A stretch of DNA of 64,000 nt. It comes from Octopus vulgaris. Lineage: Eukaryota. The DNA lies in NCBI GenBank assembly GCA_951406725.2, contig OX597817.1, positions 75,268,001-75,332,000 of the forward strand, read 5' to 3'. Made by a program: the position numbers and the translations under genes. Shown piece by piece: positions 45,032 through 59,223 of the stretch; the stretch's first letter is position 1; each line of letters opens with the position of its first letter. Below the pieces are notes generated by a model that worked only from the letters and a program-made list of their open reading frames with translations, searched no databases and was not told where the DNA came from.

Positions 45032-45150
45032 TAAGGTATGTAGAAAAATACAACATGGACAAGAACGTATAACTCTTAGAAGACGACACAATAAACACGG
45101 ACAGGACATTCGAAACCCTCAGTCTTCAGTCAAGAACCGGATCATCGTAG

Positions 45151-45282
<132 letters not shown>

Positions 45283-45376
45283 GTGTATATATATATACAT
45301 ATGTATATATATATATACATATGTATATATATATATACATATGTATATATATATACATATGTATATATATATATAC

Positions 45377-45415
<39 letters not shown>

Positions 45416-45525
45416 CATATATATATATAACGGGAAGCTTTATGAAAATAAACAAAAGACAAAGGCAGGTGGAGTACAAACAAACAATGTATTAGTATGG
45501 TGCACAGGAATATAAATAAAACAAG

Positions 45526-45563
45526 TCTTTTACATTTCGAGCCTACGCTCTTCAACAGAAAGA
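45526..45563 (-). ncRNA. Degenerate minimal hammerhead-like motif
   Basis: Minus strand TCTTT-CTGTTGA-A-GAGC(GTAG)GCTC-GAAA-TG-TA-AAAGA. Stems I and II pair, but the core deviates from CUGANGA. Confidence 0.45.
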
Positions 45564-46063
45564 TACACAGAAAAGAAACACGGAGAGAAACAAGGAGAGA
45601 AAAAAAATGCGTTGAAGCTATGTTGAAGCTAGCGATTCAACATGGCGATCTGATTCTGGCCAGCAGTCAGAGATCAAACGTGAGACGCAAGAGCGAAAAT
45701 AGGAGAGATAACAGGGTCAAATGACTTCGCCCCAACATAAGGGTGCGTGTGTGTATGAGAGAGTATGTGGTGCGTATGAAAGGTCTGGACGTGTGTATGT
45801 ATGTATGTATGTATGTATAATGTGATGTGTAATGTCGTATAGTGTAGTGTAGAGAGAGGAGATGAGGGGGAGAGTGAGGGAGAGAGTGGAGGAGGGGGGA
45901 GAGGAGGGAGAGAGGGGAGGAGAGATGAGGGGGGAGAGGGGGAGAAGGAGGGAGGAGGGAGACGAGGAAAGGTGAGAGTGAGTAGGGGGAGATGAGGGGG
46001 AGAAGGAAAGGAGGGGGGTGAGGGGGAGATGAGATGAGGATATATATATATACATATGTATAA

Positions 46064-46098
<35 letters not shown>

Positions 46099-46696
46099 AA
46101 CATAAATATATATATACATAAACATATATATATATACATATATATATACATATGTATATATACATATGTATATATATATATATACATATGTGTATATATA
46201 TATACTCTTTACTCTTTTACTCTTTTACTTGTTTCAGTCATTTGACTGTGGCCATGCTGGAGCACCGCCTTTAGTCGATCAAATCGACCCCGGAACTTAT
46301 TCTTTGTAAGCCCAGTACTTATTCTATCGGTCTCTTTTGCCGAACCGCTAAGTGGCGGGGACGTAAACACACCAGCATCGGTTGGTTAGCAAGCTACTTA
46401 CCACACAGCCACTCCTGCGCCTATATATATATATACATATGTATATATATATATATACATATGTATATATATATACATATATACATATGTATATATACAT
46501 ATATATATATATACATATGTATATATACATATACATATGTATGTATATATACATATACATATGTATATATATATACATATATACATATGTATATATACAT
46601 CATCATCATCATCATCGTTTAGCGTCCGTTTTCCATGCTAGCATATATATATATACATATGTATATATATACATGTGTATATATATACATATATAC

Positions 46697-46727
<31 letters not shown>

Positions 46728-46733
46728 CATATG

Positions 46734-46764
<31 letters not shown>

Positions 46765-47045
46765 GTATATATATACATATATACATATATATATATACAT
46801 ATATACATATATATATACATATATATACATATATATACATATATATATACATATACATATATATATATACATATATATATACATATATATACATATATAT
46901 ATACATATACATATATATATACATATATACATATATATATATACAAATGGCGGTGCCCCAGCATGGCCACAGCTCATGAGCTGAAACTAGAATCAATCAA
47001 TCAATCATATGTATATATATACATATATACATATGTATATATACA

Positions 47046-47080
<35 letters not shown>

Positions 47081-47148
47081 ACATATGTATATATATATAC
47101 ATATATACATATGTATATATACATATGTATATATATATACATATATAC

Positions 47149-47181
<33 letters not shown>

Positions 47182-48420
47182 CATATGTATATATATACAT
47201 ATATACATATGTATATATACATATATATATATATACATATGTATATATATATATACATATATATTCATATATATATACTGTTTACTATTTCAGCCTCGCC
47301 TTGTTTTGCATATTCTGTATAATTCATTAGTTATTGTTATAGATATTTAAGATCTCCCTTACAGGGTTGATCGAAATGGCTGCCGATTCTTCGCGGGGTG
47401 GCCACTTTCTCTCTTTCCTTCTCTCCCCCTCTTTCACATTGCTTGGACTCCTCTTCCTACTCCTCTACATGGCTATGCATTCTTAAGCTAGTAACCTGCC
47501 TCATTCTTGACTTCGAATTCCTTTTGCCGAGTCTGTCCGTAAACGAAGTGATCCCAAGATAAGAAATCTTTGAACTTTAATTCATCCAGTATCTCTACCA
47601 GCAATATTTTCATGCAAAATTGTCTGACCTCTAGTTGTTAATCGGTTTATTACTCATCATTATGTGCCGATAATTTCTCTATATTTCTCCACCGTCCCCC
47701 CTAAATATCCCTTTATTATTATGTGCTGCGATAATTTTTGCCCGTCCAAGTCTTCGCTCTGTCCTCTATCAACCTTCGCGTATTCGCGGCGCGCCCGCCC
47801 TACCCACCCCCACCACCAATACTGGATATCTCTATAGTTTTTTGCTCCATCTATACCGGATGTCGTTTCTCCCACCACCATTATAGGTGTCTACCCTTCG
47901 AACCCCCCTCTTCAATACACTATTTCACCATACATTACCCCTCTCGTGATATCCTACGTTCTACTTGTCTAGAATCTGTCATCGTTTCTCCGAGCACCCC
48001 TCCCCACTGGTGCTCCCCTATATTCCTGCAACCCCCCCCCACACATAAAAAGCACCATCCGAACGTGGCCGATGCCAGCACCGCCCCGACTGGCTTCTGT
48101 GCAGGTGGCACATAAAAAGCACCAACCGACCGTGGCCGATGCCAGACCCCTCTGGCACCTGTGCAGGTGGCACGTAAAAGCACCCACTACACTCGCGGAG
48201 TGGTTGGCGTTAGGAAGGGCATCCAGCTGTAGAAACACTGCCAGACCAGACTGGAGCCTGGGGCAGCCCCTGGCTCCCCAGACCCCGGTCGAAACCGTCC
48301 AACCCGTGCTAGCGCGGAAAACAGACGTTAAACGATGATGATGATGATGATGATATGTATATATATATATATACATATACATATATGTCTATATATGTAT
48401 TTATATATATACATATATGT

Positions 48421-48457
<37 letters not shown>

Positions 48458-48460
48458 TGT

Positions 48461-48492
<32 letters not shown>

Positions 48493-48626
48493 GTATATAT
48501 ATATATATATACATATATGTATACATATATATATATGCGTATATATATATATACATATATGTATACATATATATATGTATACATATATATATATATACAT
48601 ATATGTATACATATATATATGTATAC

Positions 48627-48657
<31 letters not shown>

Positions 48658-49289
48658 CATATACGTATATATATATATGTATATATATATATGTGTGTGT
48701 GTGTGTATATATGCATGCATAAATATGCATGTATATATATCACCATCGTTTAATGTCCGCTTTCCATGCTTGCATGGGTTAGATGATTTTTGACTGAGGG
48801 CTGGTGAACCAGATGACTGCACCAGGCTCCAATCTTGATCTGGCGGAGTTTCTACAGCTGGATGCCCTCCCTAACGCCAACCACTCTGAGAGTGTAGTGG
48901 GTGCTTTTTACATGCCACTGGCACGGGGCCAGTCAGGTGGTACTGGCAATGACCTTGCTTGAATCTTTTTACACATGCTACCGGCACAGGTGCCAGTAAG
49001 GCGACGCTGGTAATGATCAGGCTCGAATGGTGGCTTTTACGTGCCACGTACACGGAAGCCAGTTAGCGCTCTGGCAAGGATCATGCTCAGATGTGCTCTT
49101 GGCAGCCTACTAGCATGGGCACAAGTGCCAGTAAGTCTGTGCTGGTAACGATCACACTCGAATGGTACCTTTTATGTGCCACTGGCACGAAAGCTGGTTA
49201 GCCGCTACGTATATATATCTATATATATCTTTGTATAAATATATATATATACATATATATGTGTATATATATATGTTTACATGGATATA

Positions 49290-51755
49290 TATCTATATGA
49301 TTAAGAGAAATAACCTCTATTAAGCAATTGAATAGTGGAAGACATTATCCATATTAAAGAGAAAAAATTTAAATACGCTATGATAAATATTATTTAAAAA
49401 ATCAGTAAATTCAACATTAAATCGACTATGCGTGTTTCATGACTACATGCTTAAATCGATAATAATAAAATCAATGCTATTAAAATTAATTCGATTTAGA
49501 AATATAGCCACTCTTTAGGTCTAAAAGAATAAAATAAACGTATTGTAACAATAAATAATCTAATAAAATTTAACAATATTAATGCAAAATAAAATCATAA
49601 CTTATCTTATTGAAGAATACCAGTTAACTAAAATTTTAAATGTCAAACTTACAACCTGGCGTTTCTAAGAAATTTATCACGTGAAAACATGATGTAAATA
49701 ATAACTATAGAATAATTAGATAGCAAAATGTATTTTAGCTGTGAAAATAAGAAATAAACTAGATGTAATATACCATGTACTAGAAAATTCTAAATTCTCA
49801 ATAATTTAAAACTAAGATACGTAAAATACATAAGATAAACTAAATTTCTATGACTTAATTTATATTCATCAATTTATTTATTTATTTTATAAACACCTTG
49901 GTTTAGTCTTATTCTAATTATATGATATTCACTACATAATCTACTGCCAATTACTCATTATACTACTACAAATTTTAACTACAACATAAATGAGGTTTTA
50001 TATATACTCAAATTAGCTAAACTTATATAAGTAATTTAACTTATGTCTATATTTAATTTTTCATTCATCTTGGGAATTAATCAATTTTTTATTATTAGAT
50101 AGTAATATCTCCATAAATTCATTTGTACATAGTAAACAAAAATTATTATCTATTCGATAAGATTTAGCTTTACAAACTATCTCCCAATTTAAATTATACT
50201 TAATTCCTTTAGATTTCAATTCCCATATATATTTTCTAAGGCCAGTAGAATTAATCAATGTTTTATTTTGAAATGAATGCATGTGTTGAGCCACCCTTAA
50301 TTTAATTTTATTAGAAGTCGACCCTACATAAATTGCATTTAAATTATAATTATTCCTATTAATATTATCATCAATCAAAGTCATTACACATTTATATACT
50401 ACATCATCCAAATTATGTTTATTGTTAAATTTACATTTTGTCTTATCTTTACTTGTACAATTAATTGTATTCTGGTCTTTATTATTATTGGAATAATTTA
50501 TATTATTGATTATTTAATTTGTTAATGTAAAACTTATTCAGCTTAAATTTATTAAAAGAAGAAATAATGTTACCTACATTATTAGTAGTAGAATAATCAA
50601 CTCTAAAATTATTACTATAAAAAATGTTATTATATTTTTTATTATATATAATGAATACTTCAATTAGTTTTAATATCTCTTTAATAATGTTTGTTTTAAC
50701 TTGAGCCCCATAAGGAGTAATTAACCAAATTTTGTCCTTATTATTAACATTATTTTTATTTATTATATTATTATATTTATTATTATCATTAAATGAATTA
50801 AATTTATCTTTTAGTCTGTTATTATATTTATTTTTTGTATTATCACAATACCTATTATTAAAAGCATAATTACCTGAATAAAACTTATCATATTTCTTAA
50901 TATTAGGTTTATTATTATAAATATCATAGGAAACATTATAATCTTTTATATTATATTTACAATTATTACAGAATTTAATACTATTATTGTATCCCGCATC
51001 CTGCAAGGCTTCATTATAATAAGTTGCGTGTTTTTGGAAAATCTCAAAATTGGAAGAAAGCATCGATATTCTTTATACCTATATTATCTATCAACGATTT
51101 CTTAATTGAAGGTGGGAGATTACTATTAGCATTAATATATCTAAGGTTTTCATTAATTTTATGGAATGGTTGGGTTTTACTTTTTATTAAATTGAAATTA
51201 GCATCTAAATAATTAACATTATAGTTCTCTTTATATATAGTAATACCTAATCCATATCTTTTAAAAAAACTATATAGTTTATTCTTATATCATTCTAGTG
51301 TTCTATCTCCAACTTTAATTTTTCTAATTGAAGTTCCGATAATAAATAAATACCTACTAAATCAGTCATCTGGGCAGAATCAGGTGCCCCCATAGGTATA
51401 TCAAAATAGTCTCTAGTATCCTTCCTAGCCCACAATTTATTATTATATCTAATCAACGATTTCCTAGCCGCTTTATCTACGTTAACTTCATCATAAGTCA
51501 TTCCAACCTTATTCATTGTATAAATTAGTGCCTTATTGAGTACAATCTCATTTATAGAATAATAATAATTATCTATATCTATTTGAGTGAATTTATATCT
51601 ATTTTTATCTTTAGTATTATTAAACCATTTTAAAGTATCATTAGTACTACTCCATAGTTTTAGATAATTAAGTTAATTTAATCTGTTAATATATTTATCT
51701 AAAATGATCTTACTTAATTTACCTAGATCTGATTTACATGGAAAAATAAGTTTAA
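49290..51755 (-). mobile_element. Degenerate, very AT-rich Penelope-like element
   Basis: Minus-strand ORFs carry FDIPMGAPDSAQMTDLVGIYLL (PLE RT), YYNEALQDAGY, and VVYKC...IYVGST...H..SF...YIWELK...CLLCTNE (GIY-YIG). A hammerhead remnant lies downstream. Confidence 0.85.
49424..49521 (-). ncRNA. Degenerate type I hammerhead in the terminal region of the minus-strand Penelope-like element
   Basis: Minus strand GAC-CTAAAGA-GTGGCTATA...TAAATCGA..TCGATTTA...TGTAGTCAT-GAAA-CACGCA-TA-GTC, with a long stem II and a G>A change in the core. Confidence 0.55.
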
Positions 51756-53472
51756 CATATATATATATGTGTGTGTGTGTGTATGATTATATATATATAT
51801 TATCCCGTGTCAGGCCGAAGAACGAAATGTTCCCAAGATAAGAGTCTTTCTAATCTAATGTTGTGGTTGAGCTGTTTATTATTTATTATTATTACTATTA
51901 TTATTAGTATTAGTATTGTCCCTTTGATCCTCGGTCGAAAGTTTGCTTATTATTATTATTACTATTTTCAGCTTCGCCTCGTATTGCATATTATTTCTCC
52001 ATACAGGGTTTTTTTTCAATGGTTGCCCATTTTCGCGGGGTTCCACTATTTCCCTTCTCTCTCTCCCTCTTTTACGTTGTCTGCCATCCCCCCTCTTCCT
52101 TTGCTAAGAGCATTTTTAAGCCAGCCCGTCATATTCCCGTGTCAGGCCGAAGAACGAAATGTTCCCAAGATAAGAGAGTCTTTCTAATCTAATGTTGTGG
52201 TTGAGCTGTTTATTATTTATTATTATTACTATTATTATTAGTATTATTACTATTATTATTAGTATTAGTATTAGTATTGTCCCTTTGATCCTCGGTCGAA
52301 AGTTTGCTTATTATTATTCCTTTGCTAAGAGCATTTTTAAGCCAGCCCGTCATATTCCCGGTGCACCCGCCCTTGCCCACCCCCACCACCAATACCGGAT
52401 ATCTCTATATTTTTGCTCCATCTATACCGGATGTCGCTTCTCCCACCACCATTATAGGTGTCTACTCTTCGAACCCCCTCTTCAATACGCTATTTCACCA
52501 TGCATTACCCCTCTCTTGATATCCTACGTTCTACTTGCCTAGAACCTGTCATCATTTCTCTGAACCACCCCTCCCCACTGGTGCTCCCCTATATTTCTGC
52601 CCCCCCCCACATAAAAAGCACCATCCGAACGTGGCCAATGCCAGACCCCTCTGGCACCTGTGCATGTGGCACGTAAAAAACACCCACTACACTCGCGGAG
52701 TGGTTGGCGTTAGGAAGGGCATCCAGCTGTAGAAACACTGCCAGACTAGACTGGAGCCTGGGGCAGTCCCTAGCTCCCCAGACCCCGGTCGAAACCGTCC
52801 AACCCGTGCTAGCGCGGAAAACGGACGTTAAACGATGATGATGATGATGATGATATGTATATATATGATTATATATGTATGTTTATATATGTGTATATAT
52901 ATGATGACATATGTATATGTTTATATATGTGTATATATATGATTAAATTTGTATATGTTTATATATATGTGTATATATATATGATTATATATGTATATGG
53001 TTATATATATATATACAAATTTGTATGTTTATAGATATGTATATATATGATTATATATGTATGTTTATATATATATATGTATATGTTTATATATATATGT
53101 TTATATATATATGTATACGTATGTATATGTTTATATATATATATGTATACGTATGTATATGTTATATATATATATGTATACGTATGTATATATATATATA
53201 TATATATATGTATATGTTTATATATATATATGTATACGTATGTATATGTATATGTTTATATATATATATGTATACGTATGTATATATATATGATTATATA
53301 TTTATGTTTATGTATGTATATATATATATATGATTATATATTTATGTTTATATATATATATGTATATATATGTGATTATATATGTATATGTTTATATACA
53401 TATATATATATATGTGATTATATATGTATATGTTTATATACATATATATATATGATTATAGATGCCTATGTT

Positions 53473-53509
<37 letters not shown>

Positions 53510-54647
53510 TTATATATATATATATGACGTTTACCACATAAACTACGATGGAAAACATGAAAGCTATGGTATCTAGTCTTTTTGGTGCAGTCGTTCCTGG
53601 AGACATATTGGTTAGGTTATTTTAAGTGTTATGCAAGGATACAAAGGCTGAGAAGCACTGATTTAATGTAACATCAAGGAAGTTATCTGTAGATAAGTGT
53701 GTAGCTTTTGTTATTTATTAACATAAAGTAGTGAATGTGTGGATAATGAGTTTTCTCAAGCTGTCTTATATGTGTTTATTAGCATTGTTGGCTAGTACTC
53801 ACTCATGATCTCTGTATAGGTCAAAATCAATCTGTTACGGTACATTCCTTACTACAACAAATATATGTCTATGGTATTGTAGAAAGTTTGAGGTGTTTAG
53901 AAAATGTAGTCACTTTGAGAAATACCTGTTGCATAATTGAACTATACCATCACTGCCTTTCTTACCTAGAAATATATATATATATTTAAAACAAAACATT
54001 TCAGTTATATATTTATATATCAATATTATTATCATTTAAAGTCTGTCTTCCATGCTGGCATGGTTTGGCTGGTTTGACTGGAGTGGGCAAGCCAGAGGAC
54101 TGCACCAAGCTCCACTCTCTGTTTTGGCATGGTTTTTATGGATGGATGCCCTTCCACTTTGCAGAGTGTTTTGGGTGTTTTTTCCATGGCTTCAACTCCT
54201 GTGAGGTTACCAAGTAACTTGCAAGACATGACACCTTAGTTCAGTTGGGTGTGGTATTAAGAGAGGCGGCTTTATGTCAGGTATTGAGATCAGATATTTT
54301 GCTGTAGAAGAGGTACATGGCTATTCCAGCTAGAAAGGGAGAAAAGAAATGGTGGTGGTGGTGGTGAAGTGTCAGCAGATATCTTCAGAAAGTAAACATT
54401 AGAGAGAGAGGGAGAGAAAGAGAGAGTGAGAGTGTATGGACAGATGATTGGAAATGTAAATTCATCAGAATGTGAAAGGTTGCTGACAGTTGGTTAGAGA
54501 TGGGGATTGAGGTGATAAGTGAACAGAGGTGGACGCATGGTCAGTGGTGAATATCAGTTTAATGGGGGAGGTGAAGGAAATAGGAGTGGATCAGGAAGGA
54601 GGAGGAGGAGGATAAGTGACAATAGAAAAGAAAGCAGTGGTGTAGGG

Positions 54648-54909
54648 CAGTGGTTCTCCATAAGGGTTTGTATGACCCTTGGGTGTCCATATAAGAGTTT
54701 ATTGCTAAAATTTATGTGCAGTAAATTGGTTATATTTCTGCAACACACAAAAAAAAAAAAAACCTTTTAATTTTTTTCCTCCAATTTCTAATAATATTAA
54801 ATTATAAATATATAACAAGATTTTTAAAACATTGAATGGCTGTTAGGGTCCTATGGAGGAAAATAGGAATCAAAGGGGTCCATAACTAAAAATTGGTTTT
54901 GGACCACTG
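54648..54909. mobile_element. hAT-type MITE
   Basis: CAGTGGT... / ...ACCACTG ends with subterminal GGGTCC-type repeats. Confidence 0.55.
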
Positions 54910-55186
54910 TGTGGAGCAATAGTTTAATAAAATCCATAAATTTTGTGTGTGCATCTATTTTTTTCCTATGCTGGCATATGGTAAAAAAATAAAGATGTGA
55001 ATCTTAAATGATGATGATCATAATTGGGATCTGCAAGATAGTATCTTCTGTAAGTATTAGATATATAATGTTCTGGAGATGCCATCGTTATGTCTACAAT
55101 ATTTAAGATTACCAAATTATTTAATATGTCTTACTGTTTTGTTTTCTTTTTCAAGTGTTTTGAAATGGCATTGAATTTTCTTGCAG

Positions 55187-55339
55187 GTATCTGTATCTTG
55201 TGGTATTCCAGATTTCCGGTCGCGTAATGGCATTTATGCCAGATTAGCTGTTGACTTTCCTGATCTACCTGATCCTCAAGCAATGTTTGACATCCATTAT
55301 TTCCGGAATGATCCTCGGCCATTTTTTAAGTTTGCCAAA
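55187..55339 (+). CDS. SIRT1: SIRT1 exon 5 (153 nt)
   Basis: VSVSCGIPDFRSRNGIYARLAVDFPDLPDPQAMFDIHYFRNDPRPFFKFAK; acceptor TTGCAG, donor GTTAGT. Confidence 0.98.
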
Positions 55340-55501
55340 GTTAGTGATGCTTCCATTATTATTATTATTATTATTATCCATTCAGAGTTGATAAAATTAG
55401 TACCAGTTGTGTACTGTGGTTGATATATTACCCTGTCCCCCAAAATTGCCGGCTTTGTGCCAAAATTTGAAACCATTATTATTTGTTGGTGTTATTATTA
55501 T

Positions 55502-55562
<61 letters not shown>

Positions 55563-55986
55563 GCTGCTGCTATTAGTGCAAGCTGGCAGATTTGCTAGAA
55601 CATCAGATAAAAAGCCATGGGGTATTTGTTCCAGCTTTTTATGTTCTGAGTTAAATGTTACCAAGGTAGCTTTGCCTGTTATTCTTCTTGGGTTGATAAA
55701 ATAAAGTAACCAGTTACATACTGGTCCCAATTTAATTGACTTATACTTTGTCCTCAAAATTTCTGGTCTGTGCCAATTTGTTGGTTTATTCAGGGATTGT
55801 TTTACAGTCAGATGCCCTTGCTATGGCTAACCCTTACCTGTTTTGTAAGTAAGGGATCTGTTATTTCACATGTCTGTGAAGATGTGAATTGAACAGAGAA
55901 ATTGTTGACAGGAGAAGTGATAGCAACAACATTACCTGTAGCGATTGTTGTAGGGCACAAATGTAAACATAGACACATACATGGAC

Positions 55987-56036
55987 ATATATATACACAC
56001 ACAGGCACATGCACACTCACACACCCACACACACGC

Positions 56037-56084
<48 letters not shown>

Positions 56085-56134
56085 GCGTGTGTGTGGGTGT
56101 GTGAGTGTGCATGTGCCTGTGTGTGTATATATAT
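55987..56134. repeat. 148-bp perfect palindrome centred on (AT)20
   Basis: The arm ...ACAGGCACATGCACACTCACACACCCACACACACGCGTGT and its exact reverse complement flank the (AT) run. Confidence 0.9.
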
Positions 56135-56135
56135 A

Positions 56136-56500
56136 TCTCTCTCTATATAAACGGCAGTTTGTCTGTACGTGTTTCTGTGTATCTGTTTGCTTGTACCCTC
56201 ACCCTGACCACGGCTTTCAACCGATTCTGATGAAACTTGACACACACATAGCCCAATGTCATAATTCAAAACTAACGCAGCGAAAATTTCGAAAAGTTCC
56301 CCCAGTTCTGAAAAAAATCGATAAATTCGACATGGGGTCGACAATCAGAAACACAAACCGCAACTCCACCTTTTTTAACTAAAAACAAAATTTACCATCA
56401 TTTTCTTCCATTTTTTTGCTATTTTTTGGCTATAACTCTCTAAAAATGCTTTATAGTTATTTCCCTTACAAACCTGAGCAACGCCGGGCGATACTGCTAG
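56136..56500 (+). mobile_element. Non-autonomous Helitron
   Basis: A|TC start, internal AACCGATTCTGATGAAACTT, GC-rich 3' hairpin CCTGAGCAACGCCGGG, then CTAG|T. Confidence 0.75.
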
Positions 56501-56919
56501 TATATATATATATATATATATATAGATAGATAGATATATAAACTTTGACCATTCCAGGGCATTGCTTTGAGGAATTTCAGTTGAATGAATCAACCCCAGT
56601 ACTTACTTTTTTTTAAGCTTGGTACTTATTCTATCAGCGTCTTTTGCCAAACTGCTAAGTTACAGGGATGTAAACACACCAATGCCTGCTTTTAAGTGAT
56701 TTTGGGGGACCTCTCCCCACCACCACCACCACCACCACACCTTTTCTATCTACCAAATCTAATGTCAAGGTTTGACTAAACCCTTCAAGGCAGTGTGCCA
56801 GCCTTGAAGGGTTTTAGCCTTAGTTCTATAAGTGAAATGAAGTAAAAGACTAAAAGAATAAATAAAAAAAAATTTTTTCTTTTCATCTGAGTAAAAAGTA
56901 TTTCATTGTATCCTCTCAG

Positions 56920-57067
56920 GAAATTTATCCCGGTCAATTTGAACCCTCAAAGTGCCACAAGTTTATCAAGTTGATTGAAGACCATAATCGCTTACTTCAC
57001 AATTATACTCAGAATATTGATACCTTGGAACAGCAGGCTGGCATCAAAAAGGTTATCCAGTGTCATG
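56920..57067 (+). CDS. SIRT1: SIRT1 exon 6 (148 nt; not in the ORF track)
   Basis: [49 protein letters not shown](G), including the catalytic His; acceptor CTCAG, donor GTGAGT. Confidence 0.98.
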
Positions 57068-57942
57068 GTGAGTCTTTTGTTGAATTTCTCCTTTCTTTCT
57101 CTTGTATATTGTGTGTTTTTGGGGATTAAATTTTCTTCATAATTCCACATGTGGTATTAGTAATTTGAAGAACCAATGGAAACACAGTTTCTTTAGTTTG
57201 ATTGGAAGGTGACTGCCCCCACTCCTCTACCACCACCATCGCCACCAGTAGTTAAGGCCATAAGTACTGCTTCTATATTTTGGACAGTGCTGATGCTAAA
57301 CATACACCCCCCCCCTGAGACTGAGAGCCTCTTCATGATCAATACTTAGCTAGTTTTATGGTCTGTTAGGGAATGAGAATTAAATTTTCATCCAGATAGG
57401 CTGTCAGTGCATCACATATGTCATTCCTAGAGGAGCTAATACATATTCTTCATGTAGAATTTAGTGTTCTCCTGTCCAGTAGATTAGAACTCATGACCTG
57501 TATGTTTAATAGCTCACTATTTTATCTACTCAACTATTCTTTTCTACTCTAGGCACAAGGCCTGAAATTTTTGGGGAGGGGCCAGTCAATTAGATCGACT
57601 CCTGTATGCAACTGGTATTTGATTTATTGACGCCGAAAGGTTGAACGGCAAATTTGACCTTCGTGGAATTGCCTTTCATCCTTTTAGGGTCGATAAATTA
57701 AGTACCAGTTGCGTACTGGGGTCAATCTAATTGACTAACTATTTCATTGCTAATTATGCCTTGTGTATATTTGGAAGAAAAAAAAAATAACCTGGACTTT
57801 GAAAATTTGCAAAGATGTCAGATGCAAAGAAATATAGCTAAGGTGTTACCTATTGTTTAAGAAAGCTTGGGTTTCTTAAGAGTATTCTTTCAGCCTGAAA
57901 TTTCATGTTCATTTTTATTTATATATTCATTTTTTGACACAG

Positions 57943-58022
57943 GTTCTTTTGCAACTGCCACTTGCATGAACTGCTCCAGTAAAGTTAGTGCAGCATCAAT
58001 CAGAGAAGATATATTCAACCAG
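57943..58022 (+). CDS. SIRT1: SIRT1 exon 7 (80 nt)
   Basis: GSFATATCMNCSSKVSAASIREDIFNQ, the first Zn-binding CxxC; acceptor ACAG, donor GTCAGT. Confidence 0.97.
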
Positions 58023-59223
58023 GTCAGTCATTTTGTGCTTTTACTGGTGTCACATGATATACTGAGTCAAGAAATTAGTTCAGTTCTAGATACCATTTGA
58101 GTTTCTAATCCATTCTACTCATGCTCACTTCACCAGTTTATTTTTTATCAAGATAAAAACTAAATGACATTGAAAAAAAAAAGACAAAGAAAAGATGTTG
58201 ATGAGGCTGTTAATATGGAATTGGTGTTCCTTGTTGAATTTATAACTAATTAAAGATTTATCTTAGGCAAGGCTCTGTTCAAGAAGTTTGCTTCCCAACC
58301 ACATTGTAATGGGTTCAGTCCCACTGTGGGCAAGTATCTTCAGCTTATATCTCCAAGTCAACCAAAACTCTGTGAATGGATTTGGTAGAAGGATGGCACA
58401 TAAAAAGCACCATTTAAGCGTGATCGATACCTGCGTCGCCTTCCGGCACTTGTGCTGGTGGCACATGAAAAAATATTCAAGCAAGGTCGTTGCCAGTGCC
58501 GCTGGACTGGCTCCTGTGCAGGTGGCACATAAAAAGCACCATTTGAGCGTGGCTGCTGCCAGTACCACCTGACTGGCCCTTGTGCCGGCGGCATGTAAAA
58601 GCACCCACTACACTCTCAGAATGGTTGGCGTGAGGAAGGGCATCCAGCTGTAGAAACTCTACCAGATCAGATTGGAGTCTGGTGCAGCCATCTGGTTTGC
58701 CAGATCTCAGTCAAATCATCCAATCCATGCTAGCATGGAAAGCGGACGTTAAATGATGATGATGATGAATGGATTTTGTAGAACAAGTTTGGTTGACAGA
58801 AACTGAAAGAAGCCTGTTGCGCGCAAGTGTATGTGTGTGTGTGTCACCTTGTCTTGACATTGTGTTATTGTTGTAAATGAATGTCATTCATTTTCAACAT
58901 TCTGAGAAAACATGTCTGACCATGGGGAAATATTACTTTGCTTGAAAGAAGTAAGGGCTGGCAATAGGAAAGGTATCCGACCATAGAAAAATCTACCTTG
59001 AACTCCATTCATGAATGGAAAAGTTGGATATTAAAATGATGATGTTTCACATCGTTTTGATTCAAAATATTTTTGTTTTTTTTCTCAAGCTCACCACTTA
59101 TTTTACTTCATAGATTTCCAATTTTCTGTTTTTCACTTCTCTACAGTGTAACAGATTTTGTCATAGTTTTGTGTCTATCTCTGAAGGAGTTCTGAATGTT
59201 TTTTTTTGCTTTGCTACCAACAG

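Noticed and set aside
45035-45150. Island with minus-strand CTGAAGA as another hammerhead
   Set aside because: No GAAA/stem II/stem I arrangement could be completed.
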